DNA of 63,868 bases, filler included, from Octopus bimaculoides (Eukaryota): NCBI RefSeq assembly GCF_001194135.2. It is 6 parts of 6 records of this genome, joined end to end, with 100 filler letters (N's around TTAATTAATTAA, not from the genome) between each part and the next. Parts side by side here need not be neighbours in the genome. Positions count along the whole stretch, not along the records: positions 1 to 24,360 come from NC_068997.1; positions 24,461 to 28,047 come from NW_026325525.1; positions 28,148 to 50,344 come from NC_068994.1; 3 more parts are not named here. One strand, given 5' to 3'. Below the pieces are notes generated by a model, which was given only the letters and a program-made list of their open reading frames with translations, ran no database searches and was not told the DNA's origin. Positions 23,951-38,409 of the stretch are shown piece by piece; position 1 is the stretch's first letter, and the number at the start of each line of letters is the position of its first letter. The position numbers and the translations under genes were made by a program.

Positions 23951-24591
23951 TTTACTACATTTCCCTATGTATTATTTTTTTCTCTATATTATTTTTTCTG
24001 TATATATATTTTTTTATTCCACTATATCTGTACCGGTCTATAATATTTAATCGCAGTTTATTTATTTATTTTATTCTGTTATATTTTTTAATCGATTTTA
24101 TTCTTATGTATAAATTTTTTACTTCCCTTTGCCACTTTGGTTTTGTGGTTTATGCTGTACTTCCTATATGTGGTCATTGGTGGGCTGTGGCTTTTTGAGT
24201 CGCTGACCTAATGGTTTTATTCTGCAATTAATTCTGTACTTTTGTCTCAACTAGTTTGAGACCTTCTTTTACAGCCCTGTATAAATTCTATTGGTTTTCT
24301 AATACAAAACTGTTAATATTGAATAATTATATATATCTATATATATATCTATATCTATATNNNNNNNNNNNNNNNNNNNNNNNNNNNNNNNNNNNNNNNN
24401 NNNNTTAATTAATTAANNNNNNNNNNNNNNNNNNNNNNNNNNNNNNNNNNNNNNNNNNNNACACACACACATATATATATACATATTTATACTTACACAG
24501 ATACATAAACTCACACACGCATATATATTTACATATACATACATATATATTTATACACACACACATATATATATGTATATGTGTATGTATA

Positions 24592-24629
<38 letters not shown>

Positions 24630-24967
24630 TATTTATACTTACGTACATAGATGAATACAAATATATTAATATGCACATGCATCCGCTCATACATGAATAC
24701 ATATAACTACATCAACATACATACACTCTTATACGCACGCATGAATTCATGTCTACATACATGCATGCATACAGTTACAGATACATAGACGACATATAAG
24801 TTTAGTCATATACAAATAATTATATACACACATATACTTAGAAACATGTATACATACATAAAAGACATGTATGTACATTCACCCGAACATTCATGAACAC
24901 GTGTGTCAATGTATGCATTATATACATATACATATGAACGTATGTCTATGCATATGTATGTACTCAC

Positions 24968-25012
<45 letters not shown>

Positions 25013-26521
25013 TATATATATGTATATCTATAATATATATACATATACATATATGTATATATATATATGTGTATATATANNNNNNNNNNNNNNNNNNNNN
25101 NNNNNNNNNNNNNNNNNNNNNNNNNNNNNNNNNNNNNNNNNNNNNNNNNNNNNNNNNNNNNNNNNNNNNNNNNNNNNNNNNNNNNNNNNNNNNNNNNNNN
25201 NNNNNNNNNNNNNNNNNNNNNNNNNNNNNNNNNNNNNNNNNNNNNNNNNNNNNNNNNNNNNNNNNNNNNNNNNNNTATATATATATATATATATACACGT
25301 TGGTGCTTATGTATTTACATAGATATATCAAGAAATATATAACTCCGTTCAAACACATTCATATATATTCATTGGTACCTCAAAGGCAAGAAATATTTCT
25401 AATTCATCATTCGATACAATCATTTGATAATCCTTACTAAAATTCTTTCCGTCTCTCCCCGCCGTTGCCAACCGCTGGATTTCTTTTGAATTGAGACAGA
25501 CATCTAACACTGTTTTCTCGCAGGCAGAAATGTCTTGTCAGAAGCAAACGAAGAAGCGGCAGCAGCACACAGCTATGATTAAACACACGACGCCATATTG
25601 GAAGGTGGTTAAGAGAGGGAAAATGGTGGTTTCGTAAAGTTAAATTCAACCTACGATGTTTAGGCAATGTGGGAACGAATGCGTCCTGTTGTGTTGAGGC
25701 GTGTGTGCGTATGTGTGTCTGTGTAGTTAAGCAAAGAAAGAAAAGGAGTGACATGAAGGAGGTAGAAAGAAAGCTATGAATACAGAGGATATAGAGCGAG
25801 AGGGAGAGAGGGACAGAGATACAGAGAGAGTGAGAAAGAGAGAAGGAAAATATATATTTGATGTGGATTTAAATAGAGTCGACATGTGTGCTTAGAAAGT
25901 GCTGTCGTGGAGTGTGGTTAGAGGCAGTAGCCATCTTGCTGTGCTGAGAAAGTATTAGATGTATGTGTGTATATGTGTGTGTGTGTGTTAAAGATAGGGC
26001 TAGAGAGAGAGGAGAGGAATATAGATAAATAAAGAGGGGGGAGTGAAGGATGTTGTATAGGTACAATGGTAATCGTCTTTTCTTCACATATTTTTCATTA
26101 TCTCTTTCTCTTTGTCTCTCAATCTTCTCTCTCTCTCTTTCTCTCTCACACACACACACACTTTTACAATATTTTCCCTATTTCTCTTCCTATATATCTC
26201 TCTCTCTTTTTCTCTTTCTTTCACTCTTTTGTCGCATAACGAATATAAACTGCAGGCGTGCTGTGTTCACAACGCAATTTCCAGCACCGTTCAAAACCAG
26301 ACTCTTTTACTTGAAAGCAAAGTTAATACTATAATGAAAGCAATGAACATCACGGCCTCTCTTCCAATTCCACGATCGATCTATCTTATTTTCTGTCTGT
26401 CTATATAACTATATCACCACTACCTACTTACTTACCAACTTACCTATCTACCTACATATCTCTCTGAATGATTATTTACCTATCTACGCGCGCGCGTGTA
26501 TGTTTGTATATATATATATAT

Positions 26522-26559
<38 letters not shown>

Positions 26560-27174
26560 GCAAACGATGTAAGTTTTACTTGGCTGAATGAGTAAGAATC
26601 CTGAAAAAAATCACTTGACCCAGAGACCTTTGTAAATTCCAAAAAAGAGATGTTTAGTCATTGCCTTCATCAGAAGAAATTCATGTTCGAAACATGGAAT
26701 TCCCCATTTGCCGACTAGGGAAATTCTGCCATCTTCAGACGTCTTCGGCAGGTTTGTAGTAGATATAACTGGAAGCAATCTAAGGGGAATAACGCCGCCC
26801 CACCCGAGGTTTTACCAGTAAAGTTCGTTCCGGAACTATTTTGTTTGCAAAATTAACTGACCATGACGTTTTCCTCACTCCAGTTGTAGAGAGGTTATGT
26901 GCTCTCAGTCATTTGAATCTGACGAGTCGCTAATACAGCTGAGCGCTTTATAGATACTTTCTGGCGTGTCCTGGGAACATTGATTAAAAGGTAAGATTAG
27001 GAAGTTTGGTTTGAGGTTCCTAGCATATCTATCTATGTGTTCACTGACCTGTATCTGTCTATATTGTGGGATGCGAATTTGTTCCTTGTGAAGTGTTGTA
27101 TGCATATTCCAGATATCTGACAAATTGTCTATCTATTTATCTATCTATCTATCTATCTATCTATCACTGTAAAC

Positions 27175-27205
<31 letters not shown>

Positions 27206-27211
<6 letters not shown>

Positions 27212-27518
27212 CATAAATGTATAGGGATTGACAGTAACCTGCTTCTCCAACATACTGAGAATTCAGAAATAGCAGTCAAAGAACTACTGATTTCAAAACT
27301 ACAAATTATTACTCCAGATTGATAGCGATATTTTTGATAGCGATTTTTTTTTTACTCTTCTCTATTGTTTTTTTGTTCTGTGTGTATCAAAAATATCGCT
27401 ATCAATCTGGAGTAATAATTTGTAGTTTTGAAATCAGTAGTTCTTTGACTGCTATTTCTGAATTCTCAGTATGTTGGAGAAGCAGGTTACTGTCAATCCC
27501 TATACATTTATGATTATA
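27206..27518. repeat. Long, apparently perfect inverted repeat (134-bp arms, 45-bp spacer), MITE-like
   Basis: 27206-27339 (TATAATCATAAATGTATAGGG...GCGATATTTTTGATA) and 27385-27518 are reverse complements by eye; the left end abuts (TA)n. Confidence 0.9.
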
Positions 27519-27712
27519 AATTTTTACCGAAAAAGGTTTTTTTCATACTGAGCTACCCGGCAGAATTGTTAATTATTAATTTTATTACTAATTGATGATT
27601 TCCCTGCCCTGCATATCTATATATATATATATATATATACACGCATACATATATCTATGTATATATGCGTACTTGTATATGTATGTGTATGTGAACTTAT
27701 ATACGTATGTAC

Positions 27713-27763
<51 letters not shown>

Positions 27764-27776
27764 AGCATGTATGCAT

Positions 27777-27844
<68 letters not shown>

Positions 27845-28147
27845 GTAGATAGATAGATAGATCGATTTGTGTACATAAATATAAAGGTAAACTACTCTGA
27901 AAAACTACGAATATGAATATCATACACGCGTACACATATACATAAACATACATACATACATACATATGGCTATGTATAAGATATATATATGTATAAAACA
28001 CACACACATATTTATACATACATACATACATACATACATACATACATNNNNNNNNNNNNNNNNNNNNNNNNNNNNNNNNNNNNNNNNNNNNTTAATTAAT
28101 TAANNNNNNNNNNNNNNNNNNNNNNNNNNNNNNNNNNNNNNNNNNNN

Positions 28148-28180
<33 letters not shown>

Positions 28181-28336
28181 AGTGTGTGTGTATGTAAGTA
28201 TATATTTACGAGATATCGTGAATGTACTAATGTATCTATCAAGTTTATTGAGGTGTATAATGAGAAGTGCACGAGGACAAAAATATACACCCCAGCGTAT
28301 GTGCATACAATATGCACACGCACACACATATATATA

Positions 28337-28382
<46 letters not shown>

Positions 28383-29559
28383 TATCGAAAGAGGAAATAT
28401 AGAAATAGGAAGTTCTCAAGCTCGATCCGTGGATAAATTATCACAAAATGCATGAGACTTGCACAACGATGTGCGATTCTAAACCGCCATTCCTATTATG
28501 AAAATGTACCTTTCAATGAAAGACACATAAATGCGTAAAATATATGCAAATAGAATGATAAACCACTATAAAGATACAAAAGTAATATCTTGTTTGAAAT
28601 TGTGAAACATGGCTACTAACTTTGAGGAAAGAGTTGAAGCCGATCCCGTTGAATCCAATAATTAACTGCTACTTATTCTATTACCAACCCATCCCACCAA
28701 ATGAGGAAAGACTCAGCAGAATTACTTCTAAATTTGTTGTCCGACATGTTAAGGATTTTACCAGTTCGCCGCCATATATGAAAAAAACATATAAGAATAA
28801 AGCCGTCTGTTTTGTTTTCTGCTACCAATTTTCTTGTTCTGTTTCTGTTTAATCATGTTCGACAAATCTTTAGGTCTTATATAATCCTTCCTATCTAAGA
28901 AATAGTCTGGTACAGCTCCTTCTGGGACGGAGTAGCGCCAAGCACTGTTGAGGTATAAGTGAAGTTTCGGTTAGATAAAATATGCTTGTGACATATTTTA
29001 ACTTCTAAAGGCAAATTCACTGCAGTTACCATGGAGAAAAAAATCTTTATGTTAAAAATGTAAAAACACAATAGCCGTCCGTTGATGCCTTCTGTCGGAT
29101 TCCAGGGCGCAGCGTTTCTAGCTTTTAAGCCGTTGTCAATGGGAAAAGCACTCGCACACACGATATTAAAACTTCCATCCAAACGGGTCGGATCATCCTA
29201 TTTCTCTAAAACATTTATCGAAATAGTAAATAATTCTTCAGAAAATCTTGTGGTAATCCAGTATGACCGCAGCATCAAAGTTGAAACAGGACATTTTGCA
29301 AAAGTTTTTAAAGACACACACATATACGCGCGCGCACACACACACATGTGTATGTGTATATATGTATATATGTATGTTATGTATGTATGTATGTATGTGT
29401 GTGTATTTCTATGTATGTATAGGCGTGCGTATATATGTATATATTCATGTATGCATATCTATACAGAAAGACGTGTGTGAGCATGCGCATTTATATGTGT
29501 GAGTATTGAACTGTGTGTGCATTGAACTATACGTACATATATGTACATGCATGTATACA

Positions 29560-29596
<37 letters not shown>

Positions 29597-30563
29597 NNNN
29601 NNNNNNNNNNNNNNNNNNNNNNNNNNNNNNNNNNNNNNNNNNNNNNNNNNNNNNNNNNNNNNNNNNNNNNNNNNNNNNNNNNNNNNNNNNNNNNNNNNNN
29701 NNNNNNNNNNNNNNNNNNNNNNNNNNNNNNNNNNNNNNNNNNNNNNNNNNNNNNNNNNNNNNNNNNNNNNNNNNNNNNNNNNNNNNNNNNNNNNNNNNNN
29801 NNNNNNNNNNNNNNNNNNNNNNNNNNNNNNNNNNNNNNNNNNNNNNNNNNNNNNNNNNNNNNNNNNNNNNNNNNNNNNNNNNNNNNNNNNNNNNNNNNNN
29901 NNNNNNNNNNNNNNNNNNNNNNNNNNNNNNNNNNNNNNNNNNNNNNNNNNNNNNNNNNNNNNNNNNNNNNNNNNNNNNNNNNNNNNNNNNNNNNNNNNNN
30001 NNNNNNNNNNNNNNNNNNNNNNNNNNNNNNNNNNNNNNNNNNNNNNNNNNNNNNNNNNNNNNNNNNNNNNNNNNNNNNNNNNNNNNNNNNNNNNNNNNNN
30101 NNNNNNNNNNNNNNNNNNNNNNNNNNNNNNNNNNNNNNNNNNNNNNNNNNNNNNNNNNNNNNNNNNNNNNNNNNNNNNNNNNNNNNNNNNNNNNNNNNNN
30201 NNNNNNNNNNNNNNNNNNNNNNNNNNNNNNNNNNNNNNNNNNNNNNNNNNNNNNNNNNNNNNNNNNNNNNNNNNNNNNNNNNNNNNNNNNNNNNNNNNNN
30301 NNNNNNNNNNNNNNNNNNNNNNNNNNNNNNNNNNNNNNNNNNNNNNNNNNNNNNNNNNNNNNNNNNNNNNNNNNNNNNNNNNNNNNNNNNNNNNNNNNNN
30401 NNNNNNNNNNNNNNNNNNNNNNNNNNNNNNNNNNNNNNNNNNNNNNNNNNNNNNNNNNNNNNNNNNNNNNNNNNNNNNNNNNNNNNNNNNNNNNNNNNNN
30501 NNNNNNNNNNNNNNNNNNNNNNNNNNNNNNNNNNNNNNNNNNNNNNNNNNNNNNNNNNNNNNN

Positions 30564-30682
30564 TCGTGGAGATTTAGGTGTTTTCGCCCAATAAACACTC
30601 AAAACGCCCGGTCTGGGAATCGAAACCGCGATCCTATGACCGCGAGTCCGCTGCCCTAAACACTGGGCCATTGCGCCTCCAC
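30564..30682 (-). mobile_element. tRNA-derived SINE head
   Basis: Minus strand GTGGAGGCGCAATGGCCCAGTGTTTAGGGCAGCGG...GGTTTCGATTCCCAGACCGGGCG, with A and B boxes. Confidence 0.75.
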
Positions 30683-31195
30683 GCACACACACAAACACAT
30701 ATGCACATATCTTTTATATATACACATTATATATATCTTATCTCCTCTCACCATTCCATAGCCCCACCGTGCTTCCTATTTCTTCCCTTTAATACGGCTA
30801 GCTCTCCTCATTTAATCATTCCCCCTTTGAACTTCTCTGCATTATGATCCCGAAATGTAGCTCTTTTCTACCCTGATGACGGATGCTCGATTTATCTATT
30901 GTTGATTGCTTCAAATACGACCGCTACATCTAGCCAAACTCTGCTGGATCTCCGAGTCCCCAGAAACACCTCTTGGACTTATAACACCTTTCTTTCTTAC
31001 CTTTAATTTGTCCCTGTTGTTTGTATTCTACGAAAGATCTACCAATATAAATATTTATATATTCATACTTCAAAATTCATTGTCTAAAAATCTCCACTTG
31101 GCTTTATCAAGTCTTGTATACATAAATACATATTTTGCATTTCAAACTCAAGCTGTTATATTTAATATATCTAATTTGTTTACCTGCATAATTGC

Positions 31196-31261
<66 letters not shown>

Positions 31262-33414
31262 NNNNNNNNNNNNNNNNNNNNNNNNNNNNNNNNNNNNNNN
31301 NNNNNNNNNNNNNNNNNNNNNNNNNNNNNNNNNNNNNNNNNNNNNNNNNNNNNNNNNNNNNNNNNNNNNNNNNNNNNNNNNNNNNNNNNNNNNNNNNNNN
31401 NNNNNNNNNNNNNNNNNNNNNNNNNNNNNNNNNNNNNNNNNNNNNNNNNNNNNNNNNNNNNNNNNNNNNNNNNNNNNNNNNNNNNNNNNNNNNNNNNNNN
31501 NNNNNNNNNNNNNNNNNNNNNNNNNNNNNNNNNNNNNNNNNNNNNNNNNNNNNNNNNNNNNNNNNNNNNNNNNNNNNNNNNNNNNNNNNNNNNNNNNNNN
31601 NNNNNNNNNNNNNNNNNNNNNNNNNNNNNNNNNNNNNNNNNNNNNNNNNNNNNNNNNNNNNNNNNNNNNNNNNNNNNNNNNNNNNNNNNNNNNNNNNNNN
31701 NNNNNNNNNNNNNNNNNNNNNNNNNNNNNNNNNNNNNNNNNNNNNNNNNNNNNNNNNNNNNNNNNNNNNNNNNNNNNNNNNNNNNNNNNNNNNNNNNNNN
31801 NNNNNNNNNNNNNNNNNNNNNNNNNNNNNNNNNNNNNNNNNNNNNNNNNNNNNNNNNNNNNNNNNNNNNNNNNNNNNNNNNNNNNNNNNNNNNNTATATA
31901 TATATATATATATTTACGATTCAGTTGAATTAGGTACTTAAGTTGAAGCACCAAGTTAGTCTGGTATTATCCGCACAACCCGAAGTAAGGTGAATAAAAT
32001 CGAAATAAGCAACAGGATATCAAGAAGTGATGCAGTACGACCGTTTCAACAAGCTGCTCCATTTAATTGAATAATGCAATCATTACATCAATTTAGATGC
32101 AATGCTGTCTTCGGCTGCACAAAATATAGAATTTTCTTAGCAAGTAGGACACATTAATATAATTTTTCTTAAATATTTTAACAAAGAAGATGGAAGAAAT
32201 TCATGTTGTCACTATTGTTGCAAAGTGGCTAAGAATAGACTACAATTTCTTAGAATCTCATGGAACATAGTGAGGTCATAGGGGTTTAAGGGTTGTAATT
32301 CATTTCTATTTTATTTTATCTTTTTATCATCCATTTAATCTAAGACTAGAAGACGGTGTCTATTTTGAATAAAGAACAAGAGTGAATTAACTGTCTATAA
32401 AAAAAGAGGCAGGGTAGGTAGACTTTAAACCATGATGTTCATTACCAGTTAAAGGGGCAAGATACTAAGAAACTGAAGATGTTAATCCAGGGAAAATTTT
32501 ATTAGGGCCCTTATGGGGGAACATTTATTAGCAATATTGTTATGTTGTATAAAAATAAAACTTAAGAATTCCAAATGATATCATAACCAAAATAGCTAAA
32601 AGGTGTGTATATACCTTTCAGGTATTAAAAAGGAGGATTATGTAGAGTCAGTTTAATAGCATTCTTGTGCTTAATTAATTAATTATTAGGTGGTTTCTAT
32701 AAAGAATGCTCAAGGCACTTACATATGGAATATCTGGAAAGATATACATATTATCCATTTATTTTAAGCCATGAACCAGAAGCGTGATATTGTGATAATG
32801 GTAATACATAGACATTTTTTTAAGAAAAATTATAAAATCTAAAGTATAAAAAATTATAATGACTTGAATAATATGTGCTGATATAAGTATGTGTAAAGTG
32901 TAACATAATGCATACAGATACATATGCAAGGAAGGTTTTTTATATATATGCACACACACACACACACATATATGTTCGTATATGCATATATGCATGTACA
33001 CAAATATTTATACGCTCATATGAATATAGTGTAAGTATCTTGCATAGACCTAAGTAACTGAAAATATCAATTTAAGAACAAGAAAGATAACAATTTATGT
33101 GCTTATATAGTAATTATACTGTGATACTGAGTGAATTTTATAACAATCCAACCTTTTAAGGATAATAACACTGTACAATTGGAGGTCGTAATGTGCCGGA
33201 TAGAAACATTTTATCAACGACTTCAGAATATAACAATATCTGTTAGAGCGCCAACTGTCGTTCAAAGACAGATACAACGGTGGCAAAAGACCACTTTATA
33301 ACACTTTCCCAAGCTATAGTATCAAAAGGTTCGTTTTCCAGATCTTGTGATGTACAATTTCACAATGGATGGGACGCACTGGTCCGTCGAAGGATTACTT
33401 ATTTTGTTTTGCCA

Positions 33415-33545
33415 GCTGAATGATTTTTGGAGCAATGGGGAATAAGTGTTTACCTAAAAATCACAACGCACTGCCCGATCTAGGAGTCGAAACTACAATT
33501 TTACGATCATAAGTGCAATACACTAACCTCCAAGCGACGTAACTC
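33415..33545 (-). mobile_element. Diverged tRNA-derived SINE head
   Basis: Minus strand GTCGCTTGGAGGTTAGTG...GTAGTTTCGACTCCTAGATCGGGCAGTGCGTTGTG, colinear with the family at 42482 and 63116. Confidence 0.55.
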
Positions 33546-34128
33546 AGCTTATATGTATATGTGTATATACATGTATGTATATGTGTGTGTATATATGTAT
33601 GTACGTATTTGTATCTGTATCTAGGTGTATGCATATATATATATATATATATANNNNNNNNNNNNNNNNNNNNNNNNNNNNNNNNNNNNNNNNNNNNNNN
33701 NNNNNNNNNNNNNNNNNNNNNNNNNNNNNNNNNNNNNNNNNNNNNNNNNNNNNNNNNNNNNNNNNNNNNNNNNNNNNNNNNNNNNNNNNNNNNNNNNNNN
33801 NNNNNNNNNNNNNNNNNNNNNNNNNNNNNNNNNNNNNNNNNNNNNNNNNNNNNNNNNNNNNNNNNNNNNNNNNNNNNNNNNNNNNNNNNNNNNNNNNNNN
33901 NNNNNNNNNNNNNNNNNNNNNNNNNNNNNNNNNNNNNNNNNNNNNNNNNNNNNNNNNNNNNNNNNNNNNNNNNNNNNNNNNNNNNNNNNNNNNNNNNNNN
34001 NNNNNNNNNNNNNNNNNNNNNNNNNNNNNNNNNNNNNNNNNNNNNNNNNNNNNNNNNNNNNNNNNNNNNNNNNNNNNNNNNNNNNNNNNNNNNNNNNNNN
34101 NNNNNNNNNNNNNNNNNNNNNNNNNNNN

Positions 34129-34164
<36 letters not shown>

Positions 34165-35216
34165 TTATCCATATGTGTATGTGTAACTCTCTCTTTCTCT
34201 GCCCCTATGGATCTACCGCTCTATCATTCTTCCTAACTTTCTAAGAAACCAAATTTTCCACATACTTTATTCTTCATTACCTTCTATTTTTCATACATAT
34301 TACTTCATGTTGTATTGTAGATACTTAATTTTCTTTTTTCTGTTGTAACATATTAACTACTTTCTAACTTACATTTCCATACAGTTACTAAAACACAGAT
34401 ACGGAATCACTCACTCATTCACCCTTTTGAATTCTCTTTTTTTCTCCATCTCCCCCGTCCTCTCTTTCTCTCTTTCTCTCTCAATATTCTACTCTCTCAC
34501 TCTTCCTATCTATTCCTGTCATTTAGCAATTTCTGCTGTATTATTACTATTGCATTTCTATTTTAATATTTTTATATCTTACTGATTTCTCTACTATATT
34601 TCTTCTAATTATATTGCTATCATAGGTTGTTGATATTCATATATTATCATAGACCAAGCATATACATATATCTTCTGCCATGACACCATAAGTATAAAAG
34701 TCGAACATTTTATTTACGGAAATCTGTGTTGCATATTTCTGACTCACAATTCACTTTCTGTTTTACCCTGCCCGACATTCTCTCTTTGAATATCCAGGTA
34801 ACTTACGAGAAAGACTACTGAGTAGAAAATAGAAAAATATGAGAACATTATCTAAAGTTAATTCAATTACATTGCGAAGGAATGGTTGAAAGAAAAAGAG
34901 AATGTAATGATTCTGGTATTCAAATATGTTTTTCTAAATAGGAGAAGCATAGTAATATTAAAAGCATAAGAAGAAGAATAATGAAAAATATGTTAAGCAA
35001 AGAGACAAATAGAGTTGAGTAAAAGTAGTCGTTTTTCAGTAGAGAAGAGCGAGCGAGCGTGCATGTGAGAGATTTGTAAGTTATGTGAATAGCATTTTTA
35101 TATATGTATGTTCTAAGTTATTGATAATCAACGTCTATACAAAGTTGTGTGCGAATGTATATATGTAGGTGGAACCAATATTTGGAAATGAAATGTATGT
35201 TGGTGAGATATGCTGT

Positions 35217-35356
35217 GTGTGTATATCTGTGTGTGTATATCTGTGTGTGTATATCTGTGTGTGTATCTGTGTGTATATCTGTGTGTATATCTGTGTGTGT
35301 ATATCTGTGTGTGTATATCTGTGTGTGTATATCTGTGTGTGTATATCTGTGTGTAT
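35217..35356. repeat. Compound minisatellite, unit about ATATCTGTGTGTGT (12-14 bp)
   Basis: About ten tandem copies read directly. Confidence 0.85.
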
Positions 35357-35641
35357 GCGTGTGTGTGTGTGTGCGTATGTATCTTAAACACTTATGGTAT
35401 GCAAATTGGTAGCTCTAGTTTCCTGCAGCTACTGAATTTGTTGAGTGGATAAAGATATTGTTTGGTTATTTCTCTCGAACTGGTCAAATAGACACAAATA
35501 CTTCTGATGAAATCGCAACAAGGTTCAGCAATCGATTAAGTTTATACGTCATTTTATTCATTTTTCAATCGACATCGAAACGGGTACATTTACCTTGTTT
35601 AAATATCTACCACGTAAGTTATACATACATAGTGACAAACA

Positions 35642-35689
<48 letters not shown>

Positions 35690-38288
35690 NNNNNNNNNNN
35701 NNNNNNNNNNNNNNNNNNNNNNNNNNNNNNNNNNNNNNNNNNNNNNNNNNNNNNNNNNNNNNNNNNNNNNNNNNNNNNNNNNNNNNNNNNNNNNNNNNNN
35801 NNNNNNNNNNNNNNNNNNNNNNNNNNNNNNNNNNNNNNNNNNNNNNNNNNNNNNNNNNNNNNNNNNNNNNNNNNNNNNNNNNNNNNNNNNNNNNNNNNNN
35901 NNNNNNNNNNNNNNNNNNNNNNNNNNNNNNNNNNNNNNNNNNNNNNNNNNNNNNNNNNNNNNNNNNNNNNNNNNNNNNNNNNNNNNNNNNNNNNNNNNNN
36001 NNNNNNNNNNNNNNNNNNNNNNNNNNNNNNNNNNNNNNNNNNNNNNNNNNNNNNNNNNNNNNNNNNNNNNNNNNNNNNNNNNNNNNNNNNNNNNNNNNNN
36101 NNNNNNNNNNNNNNNNNNNNNNNNNNNNNNNNNNNNNNNNNNNNNNNNNNNNNNNNNNNNNNNNNNNNNNNNNNNNNNNNNNNNNNNNNNNNNNNNNNNN
36201 NNNNNNNNNNNNNATATATAAGTATGGAACGGGGAAATTTCAAATCAGACAAACCAGAATGAACACATATGTTTACAGATTTAATTTAGATGAAAATTGT
36301 CAAAAGAACATATGTTGATATATTAAAAATACATATAAAAGTATATGAATATTAAATATAAATGCGGACATATAAATATATGAATATACAAACATAGTAA
36401 TAATATAATGAATTCGGCGTGGTAGAGTAAGATAACTCTATAGAGTGTTTGTTGAATATGGGGTAATATTTGTGGCGCTTAATTTGCAAGACTAGCCCAA
36501 ATATTTGCAACAGATTAGATCGCACTAATGTCACTTGAAATGATAAATGATCTTATTAAACTAGGCGACGGATTAAATGAACAATTCATGCATTTCGTGG
36601 CGGTATTTGAACTCGGAACGTAAAGATTCCAAAGAAATAGCACAAGTTATTTGGTCAAATATCCTACCATTTTCGATGAAAACTTTGCGAATGTCCTGCT
36701 GCCCTATATTTGTACTTATTTATCTATCCCGAGAGGAAAAAAATACACACTTGACATTGATAAGATTTGAACATGGCGCGTAGGGGTGTTGAACGGATAC
36801 CATGAAGCATTCTGGCCGATGCTTTATCGATTGAACCAATGCGTAACGCTATATTGCATCTGCAATAGGGGAATAGAATTTCGGGGTTAACTTTCAAGAA
36901 GGATCAGATTCTAGAAACAAATCAATCGAATTCAGCAGAAAAACAAAACAAAACAAAATAAAATAGTAAATTGATTTCGAATTTAAAGGATTGCAGCATA
37001 AGAAAACTATAAATTATGCGATTGATTTGTATTCAATGTTCTACAAACTAAGGACGAAAGATGCCATATATCATCAAAAGATGATAACAGGAAGTGTCAA
37101 GATCAACAAAGAAGATAAATTGGAATTCTATCAGTTATCTACATGAGGTCATTCGCATAAATAATTTATAGCAGGACAGAAAAACCTTCTGGATCAATAC
37201 AATCTGAAATCGATACCTAAGAAAGGTTGTCGAGTTAAATATTACTAACAAATTCAAGAACATACTTGATAAATATTGGAAGAACGTTAAATTGAAAAGA
37301 ACCCATCCACTATGATGCAGTAAGGACATATCAGAAAAGACTCAGCAATTATTGACTTTGCTTATCTGTTATTTCAATAGGAAATTGTGAAGTATACACA
37401 TACAAACATGCATACATACATGCATACATACATACATGCATACACATAAGTGTATGGGTGTGTATGTTTATATTTATGTATATATGTACATATATATGTA
37501 TTACATACATATATTATATTTATGTATATATGTATATATATATATGTATTACATGCATATATGCATGCATATATACATATACATATATACATATGCATGC
37601 ATAAATAAATACATATATGCATGCATACATATATATATATATATATATGCATACATAGATGTATATATGTGTGTGTGTATATGTATGTGTGTGTATGTGT
37701 GTGTATGTTTGTTTGTGTGCGTAGTAGCTTGCGTAGCTATGCATACATCCATCCATACATACATACATACATATATGCATAAATAAATAAAGAAATATAT
37801 ATATATACATATATTATAGTTTATATATGTATTATAGTTAATATATATTAAAATATATGTGTGTGTGTTTGTGTGTATGACCTACGTATACAAGCATGCA
37901 TGTATACTTACGTATATATGAACATACGTTTATATATATATGCATATGTATATATATATATATATGTATGATGTGTGTGTGTGTGTGTATAATGGAGGTA
38001 GTATGCATGCCTATAGATACCCACGAAATATGTATGAGAGCACACAATGCCAAAATAATGTCATATTTCTCTGTTTTATTTTGTATACAGAAATAAAGAA
38101 TAACTATAAATTCAAATATGTGTGTACGTTACTCAGGTACCTGTATGAGTGTGTGTGCTCGCGCACGCGCGTGCGTGCGTGTGTATAGGAGACTCTACAC
38201 TTTTCCAAAATATATTTAACTTTACAAACTTAGTATTAATGTATCAAAAAAGATCACGAAAGAAATATCAAATTTATATACATGTATG

Positions 38289-38319
<31 letters not shown>

Positions 38320-38329
38320 GTATAGATAG

Positions 38330-38409
<80 letters not shown>

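Noticed and set aside
30847-30886. ATCC-C-GAAA-TGTAG...CTACC-CTGATGA-CGGAT: hammerhead parts in permuted order
   Set aside because: Stem I is out of register with a GUH triplet and GAAAC is mutated. It may be a decayed HHR repeat but cannot be folded convincingly.
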